A stretch of DNA of 64,000 bases from Eledone cirrhosa (lineage: Eukaryota): NCBI GenBank assembly GCA_964016885.1, contig OZ024742.1, positions 230,268,001 through 230,332,000 on the forward strand, written 5' to 3'. A model generated the notes under the pieces. It saw only the letters and a list, made by a program, of their open reading frames with translations, did no database searches and had not been told where the DNA came from. Every line of letters begins with the position of its first letter. Positions within the stretch are counted from its first letter, which is position 1. This document shows positions 15,056 through 29,850 of this stretch, piece by piece. A program made the position numbers and the translations under genes.

Positions 15056-15108
<53 letters not shown>

Positions 15109-15110
<2 letters not shown>

Positions 15111-15265
15111 CGAAGGAAATGTGGTAAGGAACCAGGTGGACCATAACGCACCAAAGTACTCAATACTTAGGGTAGTAGAGTGGGTAATAGAAACGAGTAG
15201 GACCCCGACGGCTGAGCTCAAGACGTTTCGACGGCTTGAGCTCAGCCGTCGGGGGTCCTACTCGT

Positions 15266-15270
<5 letters not shown>
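15109..15270. mobile_element. Family C foldback insertion
   Basis: Inverted arms gagtaggaccccgacggctgagctcaag / cttgagctcagccgtcgggggtcctactc; flanked on both sides by (TA)n. Confidence 0.8.
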
Positions 15271-15332
<62 letters not shown>

Positions 15333-15337
15333 CATAA

Positions 15338-15376
<39 letters not shown>

Positions 15377-15792
15377 CATACACACACACATATGTATATA
15401 TATATACATGTGTGTTTGCGTGTGTGTACGCACGCAAGCACATATAACTTCTGTGTAGCTGGGTCGGCAGAACAGTGAACCAAACGTAACATGGTATTTA
15501 GTTACTCATCTACAAGTGCGGCTTTCAAATAACGCCAAGGTCAACTTAGCCTTTCATTAATTCAGTGTCACTGAAATAATTACCAATTAAGAACAAGCTG
15601 TCGATATAATTGAAATATGACCCCCCCCCCCCCTCACATATAATTTACACAACACCGTACCCATCAAAGCTATGACCTTGGGTCGATGTCGGAAATCAAT
15701 ATATACACACTTACATCCTATAGTACCTTAGACATTGAAGATCGATGCATATACATGCTATTCATCAATATCACATAACACACGCGTGCGCT

Positions 15793-15842
<50 letters not shown>

Positions 15843-15874
15843 ACACACACACACACCCACACACACACACACAC

Positions 15875-15910
<36 letters not shown>

Positions 15911-16370
15911 ATGACACATACATTAACTCATAATCACTCTATTTCTACATCTTGGCTCACACATATTAATCAGGCTAGCTTTAAATATCACACACAAACA
16001 CATGTCCCGTACACACGCCACATAACCATCCAGAAAAATCACCTAACGTTTTGAACACACAGGCGCACACAAACTCACATACACTGACTCATACGTCCTA
16101 AAGGCCCTCCCTCCACCTCTTCGTGTTTCACAAACAGATACAACCCATAGATATATATATATATATAGAGAGAGAGAGAGCGACAGTCAGCCAGAAACCC
16201 ATACACTGTTATACACCAACAAACACATACTAAGATTAGTAGAGAAAGTAAATGATTTACTTCATATACGCAAGACTTGTTTAGGCTTCAATTTTTCGGT
16301 TGATTTTAATCGAATGTGTGCGTGATGTGTCTGTATTAATACAAACACACACACACACACTTTGGGAAAT

Positions 16371-16413
<43 letters not shown>

Positions 16414-16466
16414 GACCCCCACACCCACACCCACATACACACACACACATACACACATACACACAT

Positions 16467-16505
<39 letters not shown>

Positions 16506-16602
16506 ACAAATAGAATGACGGGGTCATTCTACTCTCATGGCATTAAGAGGTTGTTTGCATAATTGCAAATGAATCGAATATTATCATTAATATTCGAAAA
16601 AA

Positions 16603-16695
<93 letters not shown>

Positions 16696-16729
16696 ATAAA
16701 TATATATGTGTGTGTATGTATGTATAAGC

Positions 16730-16781
16730 ATAAACATAATTATGTATGTAATTATGCTATAGTAATACCTCGTTCCTACTC

Positions 16782-16857
<76 letters not shown>

Positions 16858-16998
16858 TTGGAACGAGGTATTACTATAGCATAATTACATACATAATTAT
16901 GTTTATTCACACCAGACGCGCGTTCCGCAATCAATCAGCTCAAGGAACGTTCGCACCCGACTCTGAAATCGATAGCCCACAAGACTTATGGATTCCTT
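16730..16998. mobile_element. Family D-related inverted arms flanking (TA)n, with a degenerate HHR
   Basis: 16730-16785 is the reverse complement of 16852-16906. Downstream sequence is homologous to 19333-19465. Confidence 0.7.
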
Positions 16999-17049
16999 AA
17001 TACATATATATATATATATATATATATATTACTGAATCCGAATTAAATC

Positions 17050-18240
17050 TACATAAATTCGGCAACATATTCAAAGAAATAAAACTCACTAACATTAGCA
17101 ACAATCGACAAACAGTTGCGAATCCATAAAAAATAATGACAATACTGCAAAAACCACAGTAACATAAACAACAGCAATAGAAGCATCACCAACATTAATA
17201 GAAACATTAACAACAACTGCATTACTGTTAAGTAACACAAGTAGGAGCAGTAGAGCGGCGGCTACCAATAGAAACATCAATCGCAACAAAAAAAAAACGG
17301 AATTACAATAACAACCACAACACCAACAATAATATTAGCTGCAAAATTAGCAACAACAAAACAGTAACAATATTGATGACAACGCTACGACATGAAATAC
17401 ATAATGATATTTAATAGAAATCTCGATTGCAACAGTGCATGTCACTCTAAGAACAACACCAACGGTTATACTAATAACAAATATAGCTGCATTAAATAGC
17501 AACATTAATACCAAAGACGACAGCTTAATAAATACCAAGGAACTTAGATAATTGTTTCTACTTGTGGCACAAGGCCAGCAATTACCCTAGTTCATTACTG
17601 GTGCTTTATTTTATCGACCCCGTAAGGATGAAAGGCAAAGTTAACCTCGGTCGGATTTGAACCTAGATCATAAAGGGCCATAACTCTATGTTGCAAAGCA
17701 TGGCGTCCGACCCTCTACCAATACTGCCAATGCCAATTAGCAACACCTGTGATTTTCAATATAAACATCAACCGCAACAAGTGTCGTAACTACTATGCCG
17801 CAGGCAACATCTTTACCAGTAGTAAACATAGCACCATCAGATAGTAATAACAATACTAACGTAACAATGCTTCAAGATAGTTTGCAGGGAACGTTGACAA
17901 CAGTAATTAGCAACAGTAGTGTCTTTCAATAGAAGCATCGATCGCAAAAAAAAAAAGGAGCGTAACTATAACACAGGCAACATTTTTACTAGTAGCTAAT
18001 ATAAAAACGTTAACAATAATACTAACACTAACAATACTTCAACAAAATTCGCAGTGTAGTTTGCCAACACTAATTAGCAGCAATTTCTATAGAAACACCG
18101 ATCGCTACACGGAGTGAAAACACCAACAATATTTCTTGTAGTAAAAATAGCAACACAAATGTGAACGTTTAACAATAACGATGGCAATGATACAGTATAA
18201 CCCGGAGACAACCTGGACAATAGTAATTAATAACAGTTAC
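17050..18240. repeat. Diverged AAC-rich minisatellite (~150-170 bp units) interrupted by a SINE
   Basis: Motif caatagaaacatc.atcgcaaca recurs near 17267, 17412, 17757, 17927 and 18087. Confidence 0.6.
17548..17732 (-). mobile_element. tRNA-derived SINE with Meta-type central domain
   Basis: Reverse complement of the 35775-35961 copy. Confidence 0.85.
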
Positions 18241-18442
18241 TAGAAAGATAAAGATTGAAACTGAATAAATAACATTAACCCTACAAACAAATACATAGAC
18301 CCATTAAAACGTAAAATGTTCATGTTAGAGATCGGGGAGGTGAATGAGAGAAAGGGAGTCAATGTGAGCTAGAAAAAAAGGTGGGGAGTAACGTTATATA
18401 TATATTTTCTTTTCAGTATATATATATATATATAGTTTCATG

Positions 18443-18542
<100 letters not shown>

Positions 18543-18783
18543 TATATATATATATATACTGAAGAGAAAATAATCCCCAGTCATTGAAGAGGTCAGAGAA
18601 TGTGTGACGAAAGAACTTTGACAATATATGAACAATCGTCTGGTTGTGGAACCAACCAGCCAACCGGAATTTATAAATTCCTAAATTTATAAATTTTATT
18701 TATAATAAATTGAAGTGAAAGCAACTGGTGCGTGTGTTTGTTATTGGCAACATGACCCTCCCAAAGCATAACAATATATATAT

Positions 18784-18892
<109 letters not shown>

Positions 18893-18893
18893 A

Positions 18894-18968
<75 letters not shown>

Positions 18969-18971
18969 TTT

Positions 18972-19020
<49 letters not shown>

Positions 19021-19021
<1 letters not shown>

Positions 19022-19208
19022 TAACGTAAAGTTACAAACCATTAATATAAAGGTTGTCCCCAAACAATGTATACACACAACGGGAGCATTCTAATAAATA
19101 TGGGTGTCCCCCATAAAAATGTATACACATATTTATGAGAATGCTCCTGACGTGTGTTTACATTTTTGGGGGACAACCTCTATATTAATAGTTTGTAACT
19201 TTACGTTA
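19021..19208. repeat. Foldback insertion, ~80-bp arms, beside (TA)n; no HHR seen
   Basis: taacgtaaagttacaaaccattaatata.aggttgtcccc... pairs with ...ggggacaacctctatattaatagtttgtaactttacgtta. Confidence 0.8.
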
Positions 19209-19332
19209 GTATTGGTTCACCAACTTGAGCTTTCGATTCATAGGGGGTCCGTTTTAGTATAGTATGTGGTGTTGTACATTTAGTGTTATACTATGACCGG
19301 TCTCCTTTTTTAGCCAGAGTTTTAATGATAAT

Positions 19333-19558
19333 AATGAGTAGGACGAGTTGTTAAATTATCATTATTAAGTTTATTCAGCTGTGACGTACGTTTCGTGATT
19401 GATTAGCTCAATGTACAATCCGTATCGTTCGGGCCCGACTCTGTAATCAATGGCTCATCAGAGGCGTAGCCCGATCGATACGGATCGTACATTCAGCTGA
19501 TCAATAACACCTGAATAAATTTCATGATGATAGATTGACACCTCGTTCTTACTCATTA
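19333..19558. mobile_element. Family D-related foldback; HHR on the minus strand at 19380-19465
   Basis: CTGATGA-gcc-attgatta...taatcaat-cac-GAAA-cgtacg-TC, palindromic CGTACG, GUC triplet, stem I eroded. Terminal arms aatgagtagga.cgag / ctcgttcttactcatt. Confidence 0.72.
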
Positions 19559-19569
19559 TATATATATAT

Positions 19570-19675
<106 letters not shown>

Positions 19676-22086
19676 AACATATATACGTATGTGTTTGTGT
19701 GCATCATGGGTTACCTTAATCCAGAATTTATGTAGACCAACCACATTGCCAAAGGATTATTGGACTTTTCTATTGTGTATCGATTGAATATGGTGTAGTT
19801 ATTAATCATCTACTAAAGTTTTCCAATGATGCTGCGCTTAATGGGTGTCAGTGGTCTCTAAAAGTGAAATATGTGCATATATTGTACTTCAGTGCCATCA
19901 GGCTGGGGTAGACTCATAGAGACATTTTATTCGACAATATCAATTCCAGCACATATTACTAACACATCTAGTACTTACAGTATCGAGTGCTATATATATA
20001 TATATAGTTTTACCTATTATATAGAAAATGTATAGAAAGAAATTCATTGAGCCGTATTTTGTAGCTATATCTAGTATATTAAGGGATCATATACAGACTC
20101 CCTGCCATAATATAATAAAACGAAACTTGTTAGCAGCAAATTAGTCAATGAGACTAAAGTCACTCCTATCCTTTAATATACGGTGTTTATTACATAATTT
20201 TATTTATAGTAACAACAATAATAAAAATAATGACAACAACTGAAAGATGAACCTCAAAAGTAATAGCAATGATTCAGGTTAAATTAAGTATCATATTATT
20301 CCACTGATGTGTCGAATACTTTTCTTCTTACTTATATATGTAATGTGCGTGTAGTGTTCAAAGAATAGAGATCGATAAAATACATAATATATTTTAAAAT
20401 AATTGTTTCTACTTTAGGCACAAGGCCAGCAATTACCCAGTGCTTTACTGTATTCGGGTCAATAAGCACGACTGAGTGCAGTGCCTGAGTTCAATTGTAT
20501 TCCAATGAATGGAACCAGTAAAATACAGTAAACATGCTTACCCATGTCTATACACACGTACATTTATATGCTTGTATGCTGGTCCGTAACTCCTGATGGA
20601 GACGAAGGGGCGCCATACAGACATACGCTGCCGTTTCTAGGTCATTTTAAGCCCATCCCTCTTCAGGTCTGAACACGGCAAATTTCTTTCAGAGAAGTAT
20701 AAAATGCGAAAGAAAGGAAGCGGGAAAGAGATATGGATGATGAATCGACCCCAGTACTAGATTGCTACTTTTTATCGACCTCGTAAGGATGAAAAGCAAA
20801 GTTGATCTCGGTGATATTTGAACACAGATAATCAGGTCAAGTACTATGAAGTATTCTCTCCGACGTTCTAATGACTGCTAATTTGTCGAATTATCGTAGG
20901 ATACTTGACTTATGAAAGTATGAATAAGAATCGACATTTGATGATCGTAGGATCAACTCTGTGTAAGAAGTGGCTCCTCTATTTAGGGAAGATTTCAGAA
21001 ATTCTAACGTCATGTCTTTTCATTTAAATATAGTCGCAATTCATATGAGTCTGTTGTTTCCAAATTTACTTTTGTCAAAGGACTCATAGACAATTTTTCC
21101 AAAATTGTGGTGTCCATACCTATATATTCTTTAGAATTTACACCTTTAAGTGTTAAGCCTCACGTCAGACGAGACCCCAGTAAGTTTCCAGGCTAATCTT
21201 CAGCGTCTGTTGGTACACCTTTTCAGTTTAGAGAACTGAAGCAACGTGAGGTGAAGTCCCTTGTACAAGAACACAACATAATACCTTGTCTGTGAATCAA
21301 AACCTAGGATTTCCCTAAAAATCATAAAGTCAACTCTCCAACATTAAAAATTAGAATTTTGCGATTGTTTCAAATGCTTGCATGGGTTGACGGAAGCCAG
21401 ACAATTATGCTGCTTTCAAGGGCGTTAATCAATTGACACACTGTTGGACTAAACCCCGAGATGCTACTGGTATTCATTTCACCTGAGTAAACTGAAGCAA
21501 CGTCACACTAAGCTGCTTTGCTGCAAAGCACAATGCACCATCTGGTTTGAAAGTTGAATCAATGAGAAATGATTGCGAGCCTAACACCCTATCCATAAGG
21601 CCATAGGCCATTACCCCCCAGCCACTATTAATTAAACAAAAATCAAACAAAATATACTCTCATATTACGAGGCGTTGAGCGAATTCAAATTTTGAAAGTA
21701 TATTAGCTTATTGTAAGCTGCTACAACGCAGGTTTCAGTATAAAATATAGGCGAAAGTTGTGGAAGTTTTCAAGATCATTTATAATATCTTTGTTGAATT
21801 TCATTAGAATACCATAATTTCTTCCTGGAACCACGGAGTTCGTCGGAGCCCTCATTAATAAACATTGGTGTTGATCATAGCCACGTCGTTATATTTATAG
21901 ACTCCAGACAGTTGGCAGCCAATGATATCGATAGGACTATCCAATCGGTCGATTGAACTTTTGGACACAAGCTTGACATTTGTATAAGAACTGAAAATAC
22001 ATAAAATACTACGATAGAATACTACTTGCTTACACAGGTTATTGATTTCTATATAATTAGTCGTTATTGTCTGTTTTGTATTTCGT

Positions 22087-22137
<51 letters not shown>

Positions 22138-22348
22138 TTTGTTTACTTTTGTATATGCCTGGGGTGGATATTCAGATCAATAATTCCATTTTAGTGATCC
22201 CTGAACTCGATAACGGATAGATAAACTTCTAATATTTCGCCAAACGCACGTTAAATAATAATAATAATATATATATATATATATATATATAACAAAGGAA
22301 TTGTTGTAAGCAACCAGTTGGACCATATATATATATATATATATATAT

Positions 22349-22482
22349 GGGCTTCCTTATGATTTCTCCCGAATGAAACAGTTCTAGTCTTGTAGAAGCC
22401 ATTTCTATGTTATATATTTATACTCTGCTATCTATTGAGTACCTTACTTACTGTAGTTACGCCCGATTGAAAGCGGGATAAA
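22349..22482 (+). mobile_element. Family B unit, HHR core mutated (CTTATGA)
   Basis: ggcttc-CTTATGA-tttctcccgaat-GAAA-cagttctagtcttg-TA-gaagcc, between (TA)n tracts. Confidence 0.75.
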
Positions 22483-22516
22483 CTTATAAATATCTATGTA
22501 TATATATATATATATC

Positions 22517-22566
<50 letters not shown>

Positions 22567-22577
22567 TATACATATAA

Positions 22578-22668
<91 letters not shown>

Positions 22669-22882
22669 GGTGTTTGTGTGTGAGTGTAGGGAAACAATTG
22701 TGTAATCAAACACCGACCTATACCGGAAAATGCTGGAATCTCCACATAGCGGCATGCCGGGTAGATATACCAATAAAACTTCCCTAGAATAATACTCTAG
22801 GGTCATAAAGAAAGGAAACAATAAAGGATGCGTGATTGCAGATATAAAAAAATTGTTGCTTCGTGACACGACAGGGGAGGAC

Positions 22883-23087
<205 letters not shown>

Positions 23088-23425
23088 TATAATTGTTCTG
23101 CATCCTCCTGCATAGAACCACCTAGGTACTATGACATAACTTATGTATTTGCTAGCATTAGTGTACATCTGTACGCATATGTTGGTAAATATACTAATTC
23201 TCTTTCTCTCTCTATATATATATATTCAACAATCAGCTGTTAAAGATAAATGCATATATTAGCAAACATATATATACACATATCTATATACACATATCTC
23301 CCTAGTATAGATATATATGTATGTATATGTACCTTGCGTGAGACTTTATGTATATTTGTATCAATAATTGTTTCTGTATCAATAATATTGAAAAACATAG
23401 GCAGGATAAACTATATGTTTGTGAC

Positions 23426-23457
<32 letters not shown>

Positions 23458-23936
23458 CGTATATATATATATATATATATATTTATATGTGTGTGTGTGT
23501 GTCGGTGTGTGTCCACGAGCGTCGCTTCTGAGAGGTTCTGGTTACCGATACACATGCAACTAAATATATATGTTAAGAAGATCTTTATCAACTAGGCCTC
23601 TAGTGACAGTGCATATATGTGTGTCTGTATAGATGTATATATATATAGGTGTGTAGGTAGATAGATATGTTACATAATAGATAGCGTTGGTCTTATTAGA
23701 TGCTATCACATTTAGCGCTATCTGTTTAACCGCTCCGGACAACGTATATACTTATATATGTATGTATATATATATATATATAAGCATTACATTAGAATAT
23801 AGCACCATTGTCTTCTAGTGTTCTCCGTCTTTTTTTCTTTGTTGACTTTTCGCATTCACCATTTAATATAGAAGAACGAATTGAAAGTAAATATATCAAG
23901 TTTAACTTACTCCTGCAAACACACATACGCATATAA

Positions 23937-23979
<43 letters not shown>

Positions 23980-24070
23980 TGTATGTATGTATGTATATTC
24001 TTGTATATATATGCGTATGTGGTTGACCGCCGACAGAAAAAATTACTTAATACCGAAGTTTTAATATTCC

Positions 24071-24216
24071 TTTTAATAAGGCTAACTAGTCGGTCTTCTT
24101 ACCCTGGAGTTTCGCTTATTTATCACAGGGCTCTCAGACGAGAGCTCTTGTTTGATGACCCTCTGATAAACAGGTGAAACCCCAGGCTAACAAGACGCAC
24201 TATTTAGCCTTAATAA

Positions 24217-24218
<2 letters not shown>
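24071..24218. mobile_element. Foldback insertion (family E) with two degenerate hammerheads
   Basis: Plus arm: tcttgt-TTGATGA-ccctctgataaacaggt-GAAA-ccccaggc-TA-acaaga. Minus arm: tctcgt-CTGAGAG-...-GAAA-ctccaggg-TA-agaaga. Confidence 0.72.
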
Positions 24219-24288
<70 letters not shown>

Positions 24289-25899
24289 GCATAGATATAT
24301 GCATATATATATGTATGTATTTATCTATGCATAACCCAACGAAACTGAAGTACCTGTATATGTTAATATGGTAACTTATTATACACACACAAACACAGAC
24401 ACACATATATATATATATACATATATATATATACATATACATATATATACATATATATATATATACATATATATATTTATAGTATTTTCTTATCTCTATA
24501 TTTACAGAAACAGTGATCTAAACATATACACTGCAAGAAGAGAAGAAAAAAGAGTTTTCCATTCTTGCATGTACGTGTGGGAGCTGTCGACCGACTATCA
24601 GCTGATTTCATCATCACATCACCCATGAAAAACCGTTCATGTGGATGGGAACACCGCTGTGATTGGAGAGGCGAACCAAGACAACAACAGGTGAACTAAA
24701 AAGAACAAACACACCTCATAAACCTGAAGGGAACAGACAAAATAAAATTCGAACAAAAATCAAAATCAAAAACAAAAAAAAACTTGAACAAAGAACAAAA
24801 ATAAAAAACAATCAAAAGGAACAAAAACAGCACTACTAATATACAGAAGCCAATGAACAACAATAACAACAGCATGAACAACAACAACTACTAAACCAAT
24901 AATATAAACACTTATAAAAACTATACCCGTGTATAAAACAATATATATAAAAATATATATATACATATACATATATATATATGTAAATCTTTCTATCTTC
25001 TTTCCCAGGTAAGTCACTCTTCTTATTATTATTCATCTTCTTCTCTTCTCTTTCATTTTATTTTCCTTTCTTCATTTTTCTTTCTTCTTTCTTATCCTTA
25101 ATCCTATTATTGTCGTTGTTTCTTTTTCTTTACTGTTATCGGCTTCGTAGTTCTCGTCTTTTTCCTGTTTCTCTTACCTTCTTCTTCTTTCTTTCTTTCT
25201 TTCTTTCTTTCTTTATTTATTTATTTATTTTTCTCTCTTTGCAATCTTTTCTTCTTTCCCTACATCTTCTTTTATTTTTCAGCGTATTTTTTTCTTTTTG
25301 CTTTTCTATTTACTCTCTCCTTCTGTTCCTGCCTTTTCTTCTATTTGTCTCCTTTCTTCTTCACTTTGCGTCTTTTCCTATTTCTTTTCCCCCTATGCTT
25401 CTTCTTCTTCTTCTTCTTCTTCTTCTTCTTCTTCTTCTTCTTCTTCTTCTTCTTCTTCTTCTTCTTCTTCTTCTTTCCTCTCTTTCTTTAATTCGCCTTA
25501 TTTAAAAAGAGAGTCGTCATTCCCAATATTTTCGTCTCCTCATTCTTTTCATTTTTCCTTCTGTGTGCCCACTACATGTATTTTTCTCTCCTTGTCTTAC
25601 CCTCCATTATTCTATTTTTATTTTTCATTCGTAATGTTTCCTCTATTCATCTCCCATCACCACCCTCTCCTTCGATCGCTTACCTTCCCCACTTTTTCTT
25701 TTATTGTTGTTATTGTTGTAGCTATTGTTTAGTTATTGTATTTCATGTTGTCAATAGTAACAGCATACTGTGAATGATAGTCTTAATGAAATCGATAATA
25801 CTCAATACAATGATAATGATAATAATGATCATAATGCAATCGTTTATATTATGTTGGTGAGGATGATGATGATGATGCTGCCGATATTGATGACGGCTA

Positions 25900-26829
25900 T
25901 TGCTTTTCACTGTTATATTAAAATAAAGTACCTGTCACGTACTAGTGTTCTTATAATCGACTTACCTTCCCTCAAAATTGTAGGCCTTGTGCCTAAATTA
26001 AAAACCATTAGAGAGTGGTAGATTGGCAGGGGATTAGAGCATCGTCGAAAACGTTATTATGATATTTGATTCGGCTTTTTACATTTTCAGTTCAAATTCT
26101 GGCGTGGTTAGTTTCCCCTTTTATCCTTTAGCAGTCGATAAGATAAAACCCTCTGTAACGCATTGGTGTAAATTTCATCAAATTTTCCCTCCCTTCAAAT
26201 TGTTGATCTAGTGCCAAATGCAGAAACAATTACTATTATTAATATACTGGCGGTGGACTGGTAGAATCGGTAGAGGGTCGGACACCATGCTTTGACGCAT
26301 AGAGTTACGGCCATTCTGAGTTCAAATCCCGCTGAGGTTAACTTTGCCTTTCATCCTTACGGGGTCGATAAAGTAAAGTACCAGTAATACACTGCGATAA
26401 TTGTTGGCCTTGTGCCAAAAGTAGAAGCAATTATTAATATACTGCCGATAGATTGGCAGTATCGGTAGAGTGTCTGTTTTGTGGCATAGAGTTACGTCTC
26501 TTTACATTCTGAGTTCAAATCCTCCCGATGTTACTTTTGCCTTTCATCCTTACGGGGTTGATGAGATAACAATAATCATCAGTAACGCTCTGGGAATGAT
26601 TTAATCGACTTTCCCGTCCTCCAATATTGTTGTTCCGGTGTCTAAGTCAGACACCAATCGGTAGAGGGTCGGACGCCATGCTTTCCAGCATAGTTACGAC
26701 TTTTACGATATGAGTTCAAATCCCGCCGGGGTTGACTTTGCCTTTCATCCTTACGGGGTCGATAAAACAAAGTACCAGTAATGTACTGGGTGATTTGCTG
26801 GCCTTGTGCCTAAAGTACAAACAATTATT
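25900..26829 (+). mobile_element. Head-to-tail cluster of 4-5 Meta-domain SINE copies
   Basis: A box tggcagtatcgg-like, B box gttcaaatc and core actttgcctttcatccttacggggtcgataa repeated at ~26020, 26250, 26452 and 26657. Confidence 0.88.
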
Positions 26830-26964
26830 AAAATATTAATATACTGCTGATGGTGGTGGTGATGGTGGTGATGATTACATTTATTATGCCCTCACCTTTG
26901 CTGCTGTCAGTGAAGCTGGTAGTAAGGATGTTCTTAGTAATTATTGTTATTGTTTCTGATGCCG

Positions 26965-28832
26965 GAGATGGTGCTGCTGGGAGTGCTGGTGGTGCTGGTG
27001 GTGCTGCTGGGAGTGCTGGTGGTGCTGGTGGTGCTGCTGGGAGTGCTGGTGGTGCTGGTGGGGCTGCTGGCAGTGCTGGTGCTGCTGGCAGTGCTGCTGG
27101 GAGTGCTGCTGGTGCTGGTGGTGCTGCTGGGAGTGCTGGTGGTGCTGGTGGTGTTGCTGGGAGTGCTGCTGGTGCTGGTGGTGCTGCTGAGAGTGCTGCT
27201 GGTGCTGGTGGTGCTGGTGGTGCTGCTGGGAGTGCTGGTGGTGCTGGTGGTGCTGCTGGGAGTGCTGCTGGTGCTGGTGCTGGTGGTGCTGCTGGGAGTG
27301 CTGCTGGTGCTGCTGGGAGTGCTGCTGGTGCTGGTGGTGCTGCTGGGAGTGCTGGTGGTGCTGGTGGTCCTGCTGGGAGTGCTGCTGGTGCTGGTGGTGC
27401 TGCTGGGAGTGCTGGTGGTGCTGGTGGTGCTGCTGGGAGTGCTGCTAGTGCTGGTGGTGCTGGTGGTGCTACTGGGAGTGCTGCTGGTGCTGGTGGTGCT
27501 GCTAGGAGTGCTGGTGGTGCTGGTGGTGCTGCTGGGAGTACTGCTGGTGCTGGTGGTGCTGCTGGGAGTGCTGCTGGTGCTGGTGGTGCTGGTGGTGCTA
27601 CTGGGAGTGCTGCTGGTGCTGGTGGTGCTGCTGGGAGTGCTGCTGGTGCTGGTGGTGCTGGTGGTGCTACTGGGAGTGCTGCTGGTGCTGGTGGTGCTGG
27701 TGTTGCTACTGGGAGTGCTGCTGGTGCTGGTGGTGCTGCTGGGAGTGCTGGTGGTGCTGGTGGTGTTACTGGGAGTGCTGCTGGTGCTGGTGGTGCTGCT
27801 GGGAGTGCTGGTGGTGCTGCTGGGAGTGATGCTGGTGCTGGTGGTGCTGCTGGGAGTGCTGCTGGTGCTGGTGGTACTGCTGGTGGTGCTGGTTGTGCTG
27901 GTGGTGCTTCTGGGAGTGCTGGTGGTGTTGGCGGGGCTGCTGGTGGTGCTGGTTGTGCTGGTGGTGCTGCTGGGAGTACTGCTGGTGCTGCTGGGAGTAC
28001 TGCTGGTGCTGCTGGGAGTGCTGCTGGTGCTAGTGGTGCTGCTGGAGGTAATGGCAGTGCTGGTGGTGCTGGTGTTGCTGGTGGTGCTGCTGGGAGTGCT
28101 GGTGGAGTTGGCGGGGCTGCTGGTGGTGCTGGTGGTGCTGCTGGGAGTGCTGGTGGTGCTGGCGGTGCTGGTGGAGGTGCTGGTGGAGGTGCTGGAGGTG
28201 CTGGCGGTGCTGGTGGAGGTGCTGGTGGAGGTGCTGGTGGAGGTGCTGGAGGTGGAGGTGCTGGAGGTGGAGGTGCTGGTGCTGGTGGAGGTGCTGTTGG
28301 AGGAGGTGGTGGTGGAGGTGCTGGAGGTGGAGGTGCTGGAGGTGGAGGTGCTGGTGCTGGTGGAGGTGGAGGTGCTGGAGGTGGAGGTGCTGGTGGTGGA
28401 GGTGCTGGAGGTGGAGGTGCTGGTGCTGGTGGAGGTGCTGGAGGTGGAGGTGCTGGAGGTGGAGGTGCTGGTGCTGGTGGAGGTGGAGGTGCTGGAGGTG
28501 GAGGTGCTGGAGGTGGAGGTGCTGGAGGTGGAGGTGCTGGTGCTGGTGGAGGTGCTGTTGGAGGAGGTGGTGGTGGAGGTGCTGGAGGTGGAGGTGCTGG
28601 AGGTGGAGGTGCTGGTGCTGGTGGAGGTGCTGGAGGTGGAGGTGCTGGTGCTGGTGGAGGTGGAGGTGCTGGAGGTGGAGGTGCTGGTGGAGGTGCTGGA
28701 GGTGGAGGTGCTGGAGGTGGAGGTGCTGGAGGTGGAGGTGCTGGTGCTGGTGGAGGTGGAGGTGCTGGAGGTGGAGGTGCTGGAGGTGGAGGTGCTGGAG
28801 GTGGAGGTGCTGGAGGTGGAGGTGGAGGTGGT
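26965..28832. repeat. Trinucleotide-derived (GGT/GCT/GGA) minisatellite; 694-aa Gly/Ala ORF of doubtful coding status
   Basis: 27-bp units ggtgctgctgggagtgctggtggtgct, then 15-bp units ggtgctggaggtgga. Four long overlapping ORFs on both strands. Confidence 0.85.
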
Positions 28833-29029
28833 GACATTGATGAGCTTTATACTCTCGCTAATGTAACTGCTGATGTTTATGATGCGGATGATAATCATCC
28901 TCTTAAAACTGATGGCAATGATGATGATGATTAGCATTACAGCTGATTTTCATGAACGTAGGGAGCCCACATGACGTCGCCGTTGTAATTTTCATCATCA
29001 TCATCATCGTCATCATAAATATAATCATC

Positions 29030-29032
29030 ACT

Positions 29033-29063
<31 letters not shown>

Positions 29064-29803
29064 CCACCACCACCACCACCACCACCATCACCACCACCAC
29101 CACCACCACCATCATCAACACCACCACCACCACCACCACCACCACCACCACCATCAGCACCACCACCACCATCACCACCACCACCAATACTCCCACTATC
29201 ATCATCAGCACCACCACCACCATCACCACCACCATCAATACTCCCACTATCATCACCACCACCACCACCACCATCATCACCACCACCAACAATACTCCCA
29301 CTATCATCACCACCACCACCACCACCACCACCACCACCACCACCATCACCACCACCACCAATACTCCCACTATCATCACCACCACCAACACCACCACCAC
29401 CACCAATACTCCCACTATCATCACCACCACCACCACCACCACCACCACCACCACTATCACCACCAACACCACCACCACCACCATCACCACCACCACCAAT
29501 ACTCCCACTATCATCACCACCACCACCACCACCACCATCACCACCACCACCAATACTCCCACTATCACCACCACCACCACCACCACCACCACCATCACCA
29601 CCAATACTCCCACTATCACCACCACCACCACGACCAGCACCATCACCACCACCATCAATACTCCCACTATCATCACCATCAGCACCACCACCACCACCAC
29701 CACCACCACCACCACCACCACCACCATCAATACTCCCACTATCAGCACCACCACCACCACCACCACCACCACCACCACCACCACCATCAATAGTCCCACT
29801 ATC

Positions 29804-29834
<31 letters not shown>

Positions 29835-29850
29835 CCACCACCACCATCAT
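29030..29850. repeat. (CAC)n minisatellite with recurring aatactcccactatc
   Basis: About 11 copies of the motif in an ACC background. Confidence 0.9.
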
